DNA of 64,000 bases from Squalus acanthias. Its lineage: Eukaryota. Both the position numbers and the translations under genes were made by a program. Positions 1 through 13,838 of this stretch are shown here, one piece after another (position 1 is the first letter of the stretch; each line of letters begins with the position of its first letter). The notes under the pieces were generated by a model. The model searched no databases. It saw nothing but the letters and a program-made list of their open reading frames with translations, and was not told where the DNA came from. The stretch covers positions 171,494,001 through 171,558,000 of the forward strand of contig CM059425.1 of NCBI GenBank assembly GCA_030390025.1, in the 5' to 3' direction.

Positions 1-268
1 CAGGCCCAGCGCCCTTATGCCTATGGCACTCGAGAGTTAATTAGATCTGCTACCTTATGGCTTAATCCTCTAAACTACTGCTCGTGTCATGTATCCTGTG
101 CCTGCTAAGCACTTAACAATTATCTTTACATCTAAGTTTTATTCATTTTGAGAATTACTCCTTTTTTTCGCAGGATTTCTCCACTTGTACTTACTTCGGT
201 TTCCGTATGATATGTGCTATCTCCAGCCAAGCAAACGGGCTGCTGAACTGCACCACACCTACTACCAA

Positions 269-1050
269 CAACAACAACTTGCATTTATATAGTAACATAG
301 TAAAACGTACAAAGGCGCTTCACAGAAGCACTGTCAAACAAAATTTGACACCGAGCCACATAAGGAGATATTAGGGCAGATAACCAACAGCTTGGTCAAA
401 GAGGTAGGTTTTAAGGAGCGTCTTAAAGGAGGAGAGAGAGATATAGAGGTGGAGAGGTTTAGGGAGGGAATTCCAGAACTTAGGCCCTCGGCAGCTAAAG
501 GCATGGGCACCAATGGTGGAGCGATTAAAATCGGGGATGTACAAGAGGCCAGAATTGGAGCGGCGCAAAGGTATCGGAGGGTTGTAGGGCTAGAGGAGGT
601 TACTGAGATAGGATGGGGAAAGGCCATGGAGGGATTTGAAAACAGAGGATGAGAACTTTAAAACTGAGACGTTGCCAGACCGGGAGCCAATGTAGGTCAG
701 CGAGCACAGGGGTGATGGGTAAACGGGACTTGGTGCGAGTTACGATATGGGCAGCAGAGTTTTGGATGAGCTCAAGTTTATGGAGGGTGGCAGATGGGAG
801 GCCAGCTAGGAGTGCATTGGAATAGTCAATTCTAGAGGTAACAAAAGCATGGATGAGGGTTTCAGCAGTAGATGAGCTGAGGCAGGGGTGGAGTCGGGCG
901 ATGTTACGGAGGTGGAAGTAGGCAGTCTTGATGATGGAGCGGATATGTGGTCGGAAGCTCATCTCGGGGTCAAATACGACACCAAGGTTGCCAGGGAGAG
1001 TGATGGAGTCAGTGGCTTGCAAACAAGTTTGTGGTGAGGACCGAACAATA
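269..1050 (-). mobile_element. L2 LINE, 5'-truncated 3' fragment
   Basis: ORF 600..1022 (LGVVFD..AYFHLRNI..LIHAFVTSRIDYSN..LHWLPV) is an L2 RT C-terminus; minus-strand tail ctatataaatgcaagttgttgttg. Confidence 0.9.
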
Positions 1051-4000
1051 CTGCTTTGAAAATGGTTGGCTCAGATTGCTTCTCCCTCTTTTTGAGGACG
1101 TGCCTGGCCTCTGCTCAGCATCTCTCCATGGAGGTACAGTTAACGGAGAAAACTCTACATAATGAGAATTGTAAGCCTATTGCCCAAGTTTGTGCTGCAA
1201 TGGGTTAGGACTCCAATGCAATGAGTCACTGTGCCATCTTCCGATTTTGTCTTTTCATTTATACTGAACCATCCTTGCTTTTTACACAGCCCTCCTGCAC
1301 TCCATTCTGTTAAACATCACAAAGACAGACCACTGCCACAATTAAGCTCACAAATCCTCTATTAACAACTGAAGACACTGGAAAATCAGATTTCAGTATT
1401 CAAACAGTATGGAAGAAGAGATATTAATTTATTCATGAGAGAAACTTGTTAACTTACTCATGAAAGTTGAAGAGGATAAAAGAGACATCTCAACTCTATT
1501 GGTCCTCGATTTGTGAAAATTGAAGTCATATTTTAAAAAAGGTTAAAGGAGAACAAACAAACTTTACACGTGAAGGAAAAATGAACTATGAATGCTTGAA
1601 CATATTTGTTCACAAGGAATTATATAATCATTGCATTTCCAAAGGTAACTGCAATCTTCATATTGTACAGGAATGTCTACACAGATTATGCAGTCTGTCA
1701 GATTCAGATTCACTGAAGGAGTTTTAGCCATCTACTTTGAAGACGAAAGCTCAATCAAATTGATTTTCTTACGATTTTCCTTTGTGGTATTTTTTTTAAA
1801 AGATGAATTGAAAAACAATTAGTTTAGCAGCACACTAAATAACACTGTCTCCTGATTAGCCTGCGAACTCTTTCAGGCCAAATTACATTTTGTGACAGCT
1901 AACTCACTTTGGATTATAACGTTGCTTCAATCTTCAGTTTGCCAGATGTGGCAACCTGACTAACAATGGCGTAAAAGCCCAACACACTACACAGTACACA
2001 TTTGCTTGCAGGCTGCAACTTAGCTTAAAGTAATTTTAGTATTCCTAGCTAAGAGATTCCAACTGCACCAAGTCAAAACATGTCAATGTGGCAGAATTGA
2101 GTCTGAAGCAAGAATTCTGGGCACAGTTTCCAATGAGCTCATTTTAACTGTGGCGTTTCAAGATGGTTGCAATCATGGTCATTATTATCAAACTAATATC
2201 TTATGTAGTACAACTGCAGGCTGTAAGGCTCAGAGAAAAAGAAAATCAACACTGTAGGACAAACATCTACTGCTACAACGCACACATAGCTTACAGAGAG
2301 TGAGACCCTAATTTGTGTAAAGAGTATAGGTTCTACTGGCACCAGTACCTCACCCAAGTAGCTGTTCTTCATGTAAGAATCCAGATTGAGAGTTAGCAAT
2401 TTATTTCACCATAGAACGCAACATAGCCAAAACAAGTACAGCCTCACCCAACAACAACGCACATGTTATTTTGCTAACTGGATAACGATCAGAAGCCCTG
2501 CCCGATTTGCTCCTCCCTAAACAAGGGCCACCCAGACCAATTGCAGTACCTGACTGAAATCTGCTAACTCCGCACAGGCAGAGAATCAAATGCGAGGTCT
2601 TTCTTAGTTTGCATGGCCATATTAAATGAGCCATGGAGGCACATCTGGCACGTCACAATGGAAGACTCCCCAAAGCATTGCTTTAATGAATTAAAACACA
2701 GGAATAAAAGACCAACTTCAGTCCTCACCGTTTTCGCGGGCGCGTTGGTGTTAACACGATTTGTCCGCCATAAGCAGTTACCAGTTAAACCGTAATAGAT
2801 TGTACTGTACACCAATCTCCAGTCTAACGCCTCCTCATTTTGTTGCTATGCAGCACTGCACTGTTGCTCTGACAGACTGAGGCTAACCAACATATTCCCC
2901 ACAGCAACAGCCATGAATTCTTTTCAAGGCTGAAAGCCAACAATATTCAGGTGCTAAGGATTAAAAGCCAGCCTATGAATTCATGGGCCATTTAGATTGC
3001 GCGTTTCTTGCTTCCTCTCTACCCCTTTACGGCTCTATTTTGATGCCTTTGATGAAGAGGAGCATTGTTGAATTTGCTTTGTTCTCAGCTGAAGTTTAAT
3101 TACTAAGAAAAAGGGACGATTTGACAAATGCAGTAGTTGAAGGGTATGCATTCTAATAGTACTTTTTATGCATAAATCGGTAAATACAGAGGATGAATGA
3201 GGTGCATATTTATTGAAGAAGCTACCAGAAATAGCCGGCTTAATGTTATAAGCGGCACCTTTGACTGCTATGGTACTGGCAAATGGTTAGCGCTATTTGC
3301 CCAATATATGGGCATCTGTCTGTGTTCAGGAAGGACTGTACAAATGGTGGGGACTGTACTAATAGCATTATTAATAAACTTAATGTCAATGTACAAAAAT
3401 GACCTTTCCAATGGCCTCCATGTTCAAACAATGTGGCAGTGAAAAAAGGATCTTGGGCTGCATTTACACACCATCCTTAACATCGCCGTGAAGCAGTTCC
3501 CACTTTGCAACAATGCTGAGGATGATAATGTAAACAAGATGGCTTGCAGATTAAATCAATCTCCCAACCCGATTTCCTGTTCCCAGGACCTGCTGATTTC
3601 AGACTTGAACTGTAGACCTTAGACTGAAGTGTAAATGTGGTCTGCTGAAATTCACATCACGAAAGACAAATTTAGTAGGGCCAGGAGGAAAAAGAAATTA
3701 GGGCCTTGATAGTGACAGCAGCAGGTTTTGTAGGCTGGGGGGGCGGTGTTCGGACAGGAAACCCGGAAATCCGATGCTGTGGAGTTTTAACTACAAAAAA
3801 GAAACCTGTGGTTTTGAGAATAATCATACAAACCAACCGAATGATTCCTCCAACCAATGTTCACTCAAAATGGCTTCCACTGTTTCTAAAAATAAATGAT
3901 TTAGACAGCTATGTTACAAGATGCAGGACATGATATGATTTGCTTTGTTTGATGCTCATCAACTGTACATAACTGCAACAGAACTTATGATCCTTGTGTT

Positions 4001-4288
4001 TTAAGGTATTCGGCCATTTTCAAATAGCTGTATTTTGTTACTCAGTGAAGTCATTTTTAATTAATAAGATTAGATTTCTACCACAGTAGTGCATCGTACC
4101 ACAGCACTGGATAAAAACGAATTTAAAAGATGGACAAAGAACTAATACAGGTTCAAGTTAGATTAAGCTACTTCTCCAAAGGTGATAAGCAAATACAGGG
4201 CTAATGGCAACTCACTCTTGATTATTTGGCGTACTCACATCAGGAAGCACCAGTTAACCACAATGCAATTATAATTTTGAATAACTAT

Positions 4289-4413
4289 TGTAATGTATTA
4301 TCACGTGTTTTGGTATGAGCATGCTCAGTTCGCTCTGGCCTAATAAAGCAAGCACGTGGACTAGCAACTCATCGTGTCTCTGTCCTTCATTTGTTCTTCC
4401 CACATATATTACA
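4289..4413 (+). repeat. 5' LTR of the Gypsy element
   Basis: tgtaatg...attaca; contains aataaa; 9 differences in 125 nt against the 3' LTR by manual alignment. Confidence 0.95.
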
Positions 4414-4416
4414 TTT

Positions 4417-4434
4417 TGGCGACGAGGATGGGAT
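4417..4434 (+). promoter_or_regulatory. Primer-binding site, tRNA-Ser(GCT) type
   Basis: TGGCGACGAGGATGGGAT just after the 5' LTR; complementary to the vertebrate tRNA-Ser(GCT) 3' end ATCCCATCCTCGTCG-CCA as recalled. Confidence 0.85.
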
Positions 4435-4647
4435 CCGACAGCCATTTTTAGGGATCATGGAAGGACAGTGTTCAACCTTCGAGTGGACAAGATTAAGGTG
4501 AATTTGTGACACCTAAACTGAAATTTTGTGATATTTTACCGTTAATGCTCGTGCAGAATCGTCTGTGCTATGCCTTCACGTGTATGTATACACAGCAACA
4601 GTGGCTGATTCTCACATGTACACAGGAATAGTGCTGAGTCACTGTTC

Positions 4648-6824
4648 GATGGGATCGGGACAATCATGGTCATGCATACGGGATTCAGTAGATGCCGCGA
4701 CATCTATGACCAAGCTCGCGAACCATTCAGTTCTTACATTGAGCGGATGGAGATGTTTTTTAGGGTCAATAACATTATTGAGACCAAAGGTGCAGATGAG
4801 AATGTTCAAGTTCAAAATAAAGTAATTCTTGAACAGAAGAAAGTAATTTTTCTAACGGAGATCGGGCCAGATGTCTACGGAATGTTTACTCGCGCCAGGG
4901 AAAGCGAAGGATGCATCATTTGAAGACATTGTCGAGCAACTCGAGGACCATTTCGACCCATTAGAAATAGCAGAGAGCTATAAGTTTGGTACCAGAAACC
5001 AGAAACAAAGAGAAACCATCAGTGAGTACATTGTAGCTTTTAAGAGCCTGTCTTTGCATTGCAACTTGGGCATATTTTTGGATCGTGCGTTGTGAGATAA
5101 GTTTGTGTATAGACAGGTGGATGAGCGCACACGGTCCAAGTTACAGAACACTCTGAACCTAACATTTGGCATAGCATGCAAAATTGCCCTTTCTAATGAG
5201 ATGGCATCTAAGAATGCTAGGGAGCTCCATCCAACTCAAGTGACTAGTGCAGGTGAGGTCTACAGTCACAAAGCCACCGCCAAACCGAAAGCTGTGAGAC
5301 CAAGTCAAAAGCATGTCGGTGAGAGCAGTTCAGGTGAATTGTTATCGCTGCAATGGAAATCACTCACCACAGTCCTGCCAATACAACAATTCAAAGTGTT
5401 TTCACTGCCAGAAGCAAGGCCATATTTTAACAGCTTGCAGAGCTAGATCTAAAGCAAGAAGTAAGAATCATTCTAGTGGTAATGCAAAGCAGCGACAACA
5501 AAAGGGAGTTCACAGTCTTGAAGTGAACACACCTGATGTTGAAGAACTAGGCATCTAGAGTATCTATGCCACTAGCAGCAACGCTTGCAGTCATGAGAAA
5601 GACTTCCGTACAAAACTTTTTATCAACGAGCAACATACTGATGTGTATCGACACGGCGACGGACTGCTCTATCATGACTAAGGACACATACGAGAGTAAG
5701 TTTAATCAAGTACCACTTACAAAGAGTACCGTAGAGTTAAAAACCTACTCCAGAGAAATCCAAGAGACATGTGGACAAATGGAATGTCCAGTTCAACACA
5801 ATGGCCAGTCAGTAAAGCTGCCTATTATTGTAGCGAGCTACTACAACAGGCCAACCCTCATGGGCAAAACTGGTTGAGAAAGTTAAAACTAGACTGGAAA
5901 AACATCTTCAGTGTAGGTGCTTCTCGACACAATGCTGAACAAGTACGAAAGCATGTTCACAGACAGTTATGAGGGCATCACTGGGTATGACGCGCATATC
6001 CACATCAAGTTCAATGCGAAGCCTGTCTATTGTAAGGCAAGGCCGGTCCCCTATGTGTTGAAAAAGTCAGGTGGAGGAAGAGCTAGCGAAGCTCAGAGAG
6101 AGCGGAGTGCTAGTAAAAACTGATAAAAGTGAATGGGCTACCCAGATTGTGGTAGTGCCCAAAGCAGACAAAACTGTACACTTGTGCAGTGACTACAAAA
6201 TTACTATCAACCAAGCAATTGACGATGAGCAGTACCCGTCACCTACATCGCAAGATTTGTATGCAGCACTCTCTGGGTCAAAAGTTTTCTCAAGCTTGAC
6301 CCGTCACACCCTTACGCTCAGCTGAATGTTGACAAAGAGAGTCAACAGTATCTCATCACCAAGACACACAAGGGACTACACTCATACACCAAGCTGCTGT
6401 ATGGTGTAAAGTCCTCCCCCAAAATCTTCCAGGCTATGATGGATAAGATTTTGCAAGGAGTTCCAAATTGCTTGTGCAATCAAGATGATGTGCTGATCGC
6501 AACAAGCAGCGAGGAAGAAAATCTAGAAGTGTTAGATACAGTACTTCAAAAGGTGGAATGTCCACAATGTCAAATTGAAAAGGAGCAAAATGTGCTTTTG
6601 TGCAGCCTGAGGTTGTGTGCCTTAGTCTGAAAGTTGATACAAATGGCTTGCAACCAGTGAAGGAAAAGGTTAATGTTGTCATCAATGCTCCAAAGCCACA
6701 GAATGTGTCTGAGTGAAGATCTTTCCTTGGAACGGTCCAGTACTACGCACGTTGCTTACCTGAGTTTGCGACCATGTTCGCTCCATTGCACGAGGTCCTC
6801 AAGAAGGATGTCCAGTGGAAGTGG
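4648..6824 (+). pseudogene. Gypsy gag-protease-RT, frameshifted
   Basis: ORF fragments: YIERMEMFFRVNNI; CYRCNGNH..C and CFHCQKQGH..C; IDTAT; KARPVPY; SEWATQIVVVPK; degenerate YxDD (NQDD). Confidence 0.9.
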
Positions 6825-9800
6825 ATGATAGCTATTACAGAGACGTGGCTGAAAGAGGGGCAGGTATGGCAGCTCAACATTCCTGGTTACAGGATTTTCA
6901 GACGGGATAGAGAGGGAGGTAAAAAGGGAGGGGGGGGGGTCGCGGTATTGATTAAAGAAACTATTACAGCTGTGAGGAGGGATGATATGTTGGAGGGATT
7001 ATCAAACGAGGCCATATGGGTCGAATTGAAAAACAAAAAAGGGGCGATCACACTGCTGGGAGTGTACTACAGACCCCCAAACAGTGAGAGGGAGATAGAA
7101 GAACAAATATGCAGACAAATTTCTGAGAAGTACAAAAACTATAGGGCAGTAATAGTAGGGGATTTCAACTACCCCAATATTAACTGGGATAAAATTAGTG
7201 TGAAGGGTATAGAAGGTGCGGAATTCCTAAAATGCATCCAGGAAAACTTTTTTAGCCAGTATGTAGCAAGCCCAACAAGGGAGGGAGCAGTTCTGGACTT
7301 AGTTTTAGGGAATGAAGCTGGGCAGGTAGAAGGTGCATCAGTGGGGGAGCATTTTGGTGCTCGTGACCATAATTCTGTTAGATTTAAGGTAGTTATGGAA
7401 AAGGATAAGGATAGGCCAGGAATAAAATTCCTAAATTGGGGAAAAGCAAATTTTGCTAAGCTCAGAGGGGATTTAGCCATAGTGGACTGGAAACAGCTAC
7501 TTGAAGGTAAATCAGTGTCAGAGCAGTGGGAGGCATTCAAGGAGGAGATCCGGAGGGTTCAGACCAAACATGTGCCCTTAAAGAAAAAAGGTGGGACTAA
7601 CAAATCTGGAGCCCCCTGGATGTCTAGAGACATACAGAGTAGGATAAAGAAAAATAGGGAGGCGTGTGACAGATACCGAGGGCTAAATACTCCAGAATCT
7701 TTAGAGGAGTACAGAAAGTGCAGGGGTGCAATTAAAAATGATATTAGGAAAGCAAAGAGAGAGCATGAAAAATTCTTGGCAAGTAAAATCAAGGAAAACC
7801 CAAAGATGTTTTATAAATATATTAAGAGTAAGAGTATAACTAAAGAAAGGATAGGGCCTATTAGAGATCATGAGGGTAATGTGTGTGTGGAGGTGGGAGA
7901 CGTCGGTAGGGTTCTTAATGAATACTTTGCATCTGTTTACACAAAGAAGAGGGGCGAAGCAGACATTGATATCGGGGGGGCGGGGGGGGGAAGGAGTGTG
8001 AAATATTAGATGAAATAAACATAGTGAGAGAGGAAGTATTAAGGGGTTTAGCAGCTTTAAAAGTGGATAAATCCCCAGGCCCGGATGAAATGTATCCCAG
8101 GCTGTTAAGTGAAGCAAAAGAGGAAATAGCAGAGGCCCTGACCATCATTTTTCAATGCTCTCTGGCTTCAGGTGGGGTGCCGGAGGACTGCTAATGTGGT
8201 ACCCTTGTTTAAAAAGGGAGAAAAGGATAGACCGAGTAATTACAGGCCAGTCAGCCTAAGCTCAGTGATGGGAAAATTATTGGAAAGAATTCTGAAGGAC
8301 AGGGTAAATCTTCATTTAGAAAGACATGGATTAATCAAGGATAGTCAGCATGGATTTGTTAAGGGAAGGTCGTGTCTGACAAGCTTGATTGAATTTTTTG
8401 AGGAGGTAACAAGAAGGGTAGATGAGGGTAGTGCATTTGATGTAGTGTACATAGATACATAGATACATAGAAGATAGGAGCAGGAGTAGGCCATCCGGCC
8501 CTTCGAGCCTGCTCCGCCATTTAATGAGATCATGGCTGATCCTGCAATTCAGTATCCCGTCCCCGCCTTCTCTCCGTAACCCTTAACCCCTTTTGCCTGT
8601 AGAAATATATCTAATTCCCTCTTAAATATATTTAATGAGCTGGCGTACACTGCCCTCTGTGGCAATGAGTTCCACAGGTTCACCACCCTCTGAGTGAAGA
8701 AATTCCCCCTCATCTCTGTCCTAAATGGTTTAGCCCTTATCCTTAAATTATGTCCTCTAGTTCTGTTCTCACCCGCCAAGGGAAACATTCCTTCTGCATC
8801 TAGTCTGTCTAGACCTGTCAGAATTTTATACACTTCTATGAGGTCCCCTCTCAATCTTCTAAACTCCAGTGTGTACATCCCTAAACTACATAGTCTCTCC
8901 TCATAGGTCAATCCCGCCATTCCTGGTATCAGCCTGGTGAATCGCCGCTGCACCCCCTCCATGGCAAGAACATCTTTCCTCAGATGAGGCGACCAAAACT
9001 GTACACAGTACTCGAGGTGTGGTCTCACCAGTGCCCTGTACAGCTGCAGCAAGGTATCCCTGTTCCTGTATTCCAACCCTTTTGCTATGAAGGCCAGCAT
9101 ACTGTTTGCCTTCCTGACCGCCTGCTGCACCTGCATGCTCGCCTTCAGTGACTGGTGTACAAGAACACCCAGGTCTCTCTGTACTTCCCCCTCTCCCAAT
9201 TTATTGCCATTTAAATAATAATTTGCCCTCCCGTTCCTGCACCCAAGGTGGATAACTTCGCACTTGTCCACATTATAGTGCATCTGCCATTTATCCGCCC
9301 AATCACCCAGTCTGTCCAAATCGCTCTGGAGCTTCCTGGTCTCCTCCTCTGAGCCCACCCCCCCTCCTAGTTTAGTGTCGCCTGCAAATTTGGAAATGCT
9401 GCATCCGACTCCCTGATCCAGGTCATTAATGTAAATTGTGAACAGCTGGGGACCCAGGACAGATCCCTGCGGTACCCCACTTGTTACTGCCTGCCATTCA
9501 GAAAATGAGCCGTTTATTCCAACTCTCTGTTTTCTATCTGACAGCCAGTTCTCTATCCACGTCAATACTTTCCCCTTTATCCCATGAGCTTCAATTTTCC
9601 ATGCTAATCTTTTATGTGGGACCTTGTCGAAGGCCTTTTGGAAGTCCAGGTACACCACATCTACTGGCTCTCCCCCATCTATTTTACCAGTTACTCCCTC
9701 AAAAAATTCCAATAGATTAGTCAAGCACGATTTACCCTTTGTAAATCCATGTTGACTCTGTCCTATCCTGTCCCCATTTGCTAAGTGCTCCGCTATTTCA

Positions 9801-11080
9801 TCCTTAATGATGGACTCCAGCATTTTGCCCACAACTGATGTAAGGCTTACAGGTCTGTAATTACCTGCTTTTTCCCTACCCCCCTTTTTGAATATGGACT
9901 TTAGCAAGGCTTTTGATAAGGTTCCACATGGCAGACTGATCACGAAGTTAAAAGCCCATGGGATCCAGGGCAAAGTGTCAAGTTGGATTCAAAACTGGCT
10001 CGGAGACAGGAAGCAGAGGGTAATGGTTGATGGGTGTTTTTGTGACTGGAAGGCTGTTTCCAGTGGGGTTCCGCAGGGCTCAGTACTAGGTCCCTTGCTT
10101 TTTGTGGTATATATCAACGATCTTGACTTGAATAGAGGGGGTATGATTAAGAAGTTTGCAGATGATACTAAAATCGGCTGTGTGGCTGATACTGAAGAAG
10201 GAAGCTGTAGACTGCAGGAAGATATCAATAAATTGGTCAGGTGAGCAGAACAGTGGCAAATGGAATTCAATCTGGAGAAGTGTGAGGTAATGCATTTGGG
10301 GAGGGCTAACAAGGAAAGGGAATACACATTAAATGGTAGGACACTGAGTAGTGTAGAGGAATAAAGGGACCTTGGAGTGCATGTCCACAGATCCCTGAAG
10401 GTAGCAGGCCAAGTAGATAAGGTGGTTAAGAAGGCATACGGAATGCTTGCCTTTATTAGCCGTGGCATAGAATGCAAGAGCAGGGGGGGGTTATGCTTTA
10501 ACTGTATAAAACACTAGTTAGGCCACAGCTAGAGTACTGCGTGCAGTTCTGGTCACCACATTACAGGAAAGATGTGATTGCACTAGAGAGGGTACAGAGG
10601 AGGAGATTTACAAGGATGTTGCCGGGAGTAGAGAATCTTAGCTATGAGGAAAGACTGGATAGGTTGGGTCTGTTTTCCTTGGAACAGAGGAGGCTGAGGG
10701 GAGACCTTATTGAGGTGTATAAAATTATGAGGGGCATAGATAAAGTGGATAGAATGGACCTATTTCCCTTAGCAGAGGGGTCAAAAACCAGGGGGCACAG
10801 AGTTAGTGTAATTGGGGGAAGGTTTAGAGGGGATTTGAGGGGAAATTTCTTCACCCAGAGGGCTGTGGGGGTCTGGAACTCACTGCCTGAAAGGGTGGTA
10901 GAGGCAGGAACCCTAACCACATTTAAAAAGTACTTGGATGTGCACTTGGGGTGCTCTAACCTGCAGGGCTACGGACCAAGAGCTGGGAAGTGGGATTAGG
11001 CTGGATAGCTCTTTGTTGGTCAGCGCAAACATGATGGGCCGAAATGGCCTCCTTCCGTGCTGTAACTTTCTATGATTCTA
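6825..11080 (+). mobile_element. CR1 LINE, 5'-truncated (APE-RT), inserted in Gypsy pol
   Basis: [34 protein letters not shown]; ends in a tctatgattcta tail; the Gypsy RNase H resumes at 11081. Confidence 0.93.
8451..9890 (-). mobile_element. Young CR1 3' fragment inserted antisense into the previous CR1
   Basis: Open RT frame from FKKGGREK to the stop at 8549; tail (tatgtatc)n on the minus strand; splits the host DVVY|MDFSK; catalytic FADD changed to FAGD. Confidence 0.93.
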
Positions 11081-12440
11081 ACGACGCTTGTAAGAGAAGT
11101 CTCTCTAGCGATGCTCTACTTGTGCACTACGACACAGAGCGTGAGCTTAAGTTAGCGTGTGATGCTTCCAGCTACGGTGTGGGAGCTGTCATAATGCCAC
11201 ACAATGGATGACAGCCAAGAGAACCAATGATGTTCGCATCGCGAACCCTCACAAAGAGCGAAAGAAACTACGTGCAAATTGAAAAGGAAGCACTCGCCCA
11301 GTGTTTGGAATCAAGAAATTCCAACAGTTCCTGATTGGGAGAAAAGTTACCCTGATAACCAATCGCAAACCACTCCTAGCAATATTGGGGCCCAAATCTG
11401 CCATCCGTGCAATGGCCCGCATCACAATTGCAACATTGGGCAGTGTTGTTGTCACAATATGACTACACGATTGAATAACGCACATCAAAGCAAAATGTAA
11501 TCACAGATGCCTTGTCCAGGTTGCCACATGGAGGACTCATGTGTTGTGAATGAAGGTGCGATTTTCACGCTAGATGCAGCTGACAAAGACTTTCCCGTGA
11601 ATGCAACTGAGATTGCAGATGAGACTCAAAATGACTCCGTACTGAAAAGAGTGCATGAAAACACCTTGAATGAATGGACGGATGAGTGTATGGACACAGA
11701 ACCGAAACCATTCCATAACCGTCGTACTGAATTGTCTTGTGAGCAAGGTTGTATCAAGTGGGGAAACAGAGTGGTGGTACCTACTTCTTTGAGAGATAGA
11801 ATTCTGGCTGAACTTCATACTGAACATCCAGGGATCGTCAGTGTGAAATCAATTGCAAGAAGCTTTGTTTACTGGTCTGGATTGGACAGTAATCTTGAAT
11901 CACTTATCAGCATGCAGTGTTTGCCAGAATTGCAGAAACAAACCACCCAAAACTCCACTACAACCCTGGTCATGGCCAAGTAGACCTTTTCAGAGAATAC
12001 ATGTAGACTTCTGTGTGAAAGCAAATGATTATTCCCTGGTACTCACAGATAGTCAGTCAAAGTGGATTGAAGTGAATCACATGGGTTCAAACACTACAAC
12101 TGGACATACCCCTGCAGAACTCTTGATGAAGAGGATATTGAGAACACGATTGAGTCTTGTTCAGCCTCAAGAGTTGAACAGAAACAGTTGAGTCAGAAAC
12201 GTTATAATGACACCAATCAGAAAGAATGCCGTTTCAGACAAAACGAGTGTGTTAGTGTTCTCAGTCCCTCTGGCAAGTCGAGTTCACACAAGTGGGATGT
12301 AGGAACCATAGTAGAGGCTGGTGGAACCGAGAGATATTTGGTTGAAATTGGTGACAAAATCCAAAGCGTTCACGTAGATAAAATGATCTCTGATGGAGAT
12401 GAACCAAGACATGATCTTGAACCACTTCATCATTAACACA
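11081..12440 (+). pseudogene. Gypsy RNase H and integrase remnant; integrase core largely deleted
   Basis: LVHYDTERELKLACDASSYGVG; LHTEHPG..CSVC; RIHVDF; the sequence jumps from HMGSNTT directly to TGHTPAELL. Confidence 0.85.
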
Positions 12441-12733
12441 TACATGAGTTTTACTCAGTTCAGACTTCAGTAACTGAAGTACCAGGTTCAAACAAGTCTG
12501 AGATAGAAACAGGATCATCTTTGAGTTCTGAACCAAAACAAAACAGCTCGAAAATTGGTTCAACACCAAAACCTTCTGTAAGGAAATCAGGAAGGCTCCG
12601 CAAACCTTTTATTAAACTGGATTTGTAGTTCATTTAAAGAAAAATGCCAGGAGTTCTTGTTATGTGGTACTGCTGGGAAAGGTGGGACCATAATTTTGTT
12701 GTATTTGAGAGGGGAATACGTACATTTTTTTTT

Positions 12734-12747
12734 AAGGGGAAAAGCAG
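12734..12747 (+). promoter_or_regulatory. Polypurine tract
   Basis: aaggggaaaagcag immediately before the 3' LTR, preceded by a T-run. Confidence 0.85.
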
Positions 12748-12872
12748 TGCAATGTATTATCACGTGGTTTGGTATAAGCATGCTCAGTTCGTTCTGGCCT
12801 AGTAAAGCAAGCACATGGACTAGCAACTCATCCAGTCTCTGTCCTTCATTTGTTCTACCCACATATATTACA
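12748..12872 (+). repeat. 3' LTR of the Gypsy element
   Basis: tgcaatg...attaca followed by the TSD actat. Confidence 0.95.
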
Positions 12873-12920
12873 ACTATGAATATTATATGCACACATATCT
12901 AAAAAATACACTAGGCAAGG

Positions 12921-13838
12921 TTTTTTTTTAATTCGTTCATGGGATGTGGGCGTCGCTGGCAAGATCAGCATTTATTGCCCATCCCTAGTTGCCCTTGAGA
13001 AGGTGGTGGTGAGCCGTCTTCTTGAACCACTGCAGTCCGTGTGGTGAAGGTTCTCCCACAGTGCTGTTAGGGAGGGAGTGCCGGGATTTTGACCGAGCTA
13101 CGATAAAGGAATGGTGATATACTTCCAAGTCAGGATGGTGTCTGACTTGGAGGGGAACCTGGAGGTGGTGGTGTTCCCACGCGCCTGCTGCCCTTGTCCT
13201 TCTAGGTGGAAGAGGTCACGGGTTTGGGAGGTGCTGCCGAAGAAGCCTTGGTGAGTTGCTGCAGTGCATCTTGTAGATGGTACACACTGCAGCCACGGTA
13301 CGCCGGTGGTGGAGGGAGTGAATGTTTAAGGTGGTGGATGGGGTGCCAATCAAGCGGGCTGCTTTGTCTTGGATGGTGTCGAGCTTCTTGAGTGTTGTTG
13401 GAGATGCACTCATCCAGGCAAGTGGAGAATATTCCATCACACTCCTGACTTGTGCCTTGTAGATGGTGGAAAGGCTTTGGGGAGTTAGGAGGCGAGACAC
13501 TCGCCGCAGAATACCCAGCCTCTGACCTGCTCTTGTAGCCACAGTATTTATGTGGCTGGTCCAGTTAGGATTCAGGTCAATGGTGACCCCCAGGATGTTG
13601 ATGGTGGGGGATTCGGCGATGGTAATGCCGTTGAATGTCAAGGGGTGGTGGTTAGACGCTTGCTTGTTGGAGATAGTCATTGCCTGGCACTTGTGTGGCG
13701 CGAATGTTACCTGCCACTTATCAGCCCAAGCCTGAATGTTGTCCAGGTCTTCATTATCTGAAGAGGTGCGAATGGTACTGAACACTGCAGTCATCAGCAA
13801 ACATCCCCACTTCTGACCATATGATGGAGGGAAAGTCA
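12921..13838 (-). mobile_element. CR1/L2-group LINE 3' fragment with poly(A) tail
   Basis: ORF 13216..13839 (DLDNIQAWADKWQVTFAPHKC..YKAQVRSVMEY); 3'UTR gggcaataaatgctg...cccacatcccatgaa followed by An. Confidence 0.88.

Larger units (their letters stand above)
4289..12872 (+). mobile_element. Gypsy (Ty3/gypsy) LTR retrotransposon, full span, decayed, with nested CR1s
   Basis: Paired 125-bp TG..CA LTRs; 5-bp TSD ACTAT at 4284-4288 and 12873-12877; PBS and PPT present; frameshifted gag (two CCHC-like knuckles), protease (IDTAT), RT, RNase H (ACDASSYGVGAV) and integrase (H..H..C..C, RIHVDF) in gypsy order. Confidence 0.95.

Noticed and set aside
8549..9973. 474-aa ORF as one protein
   Set aside because: The first ~28 aa are antisense host CR1 read into the nested CR1
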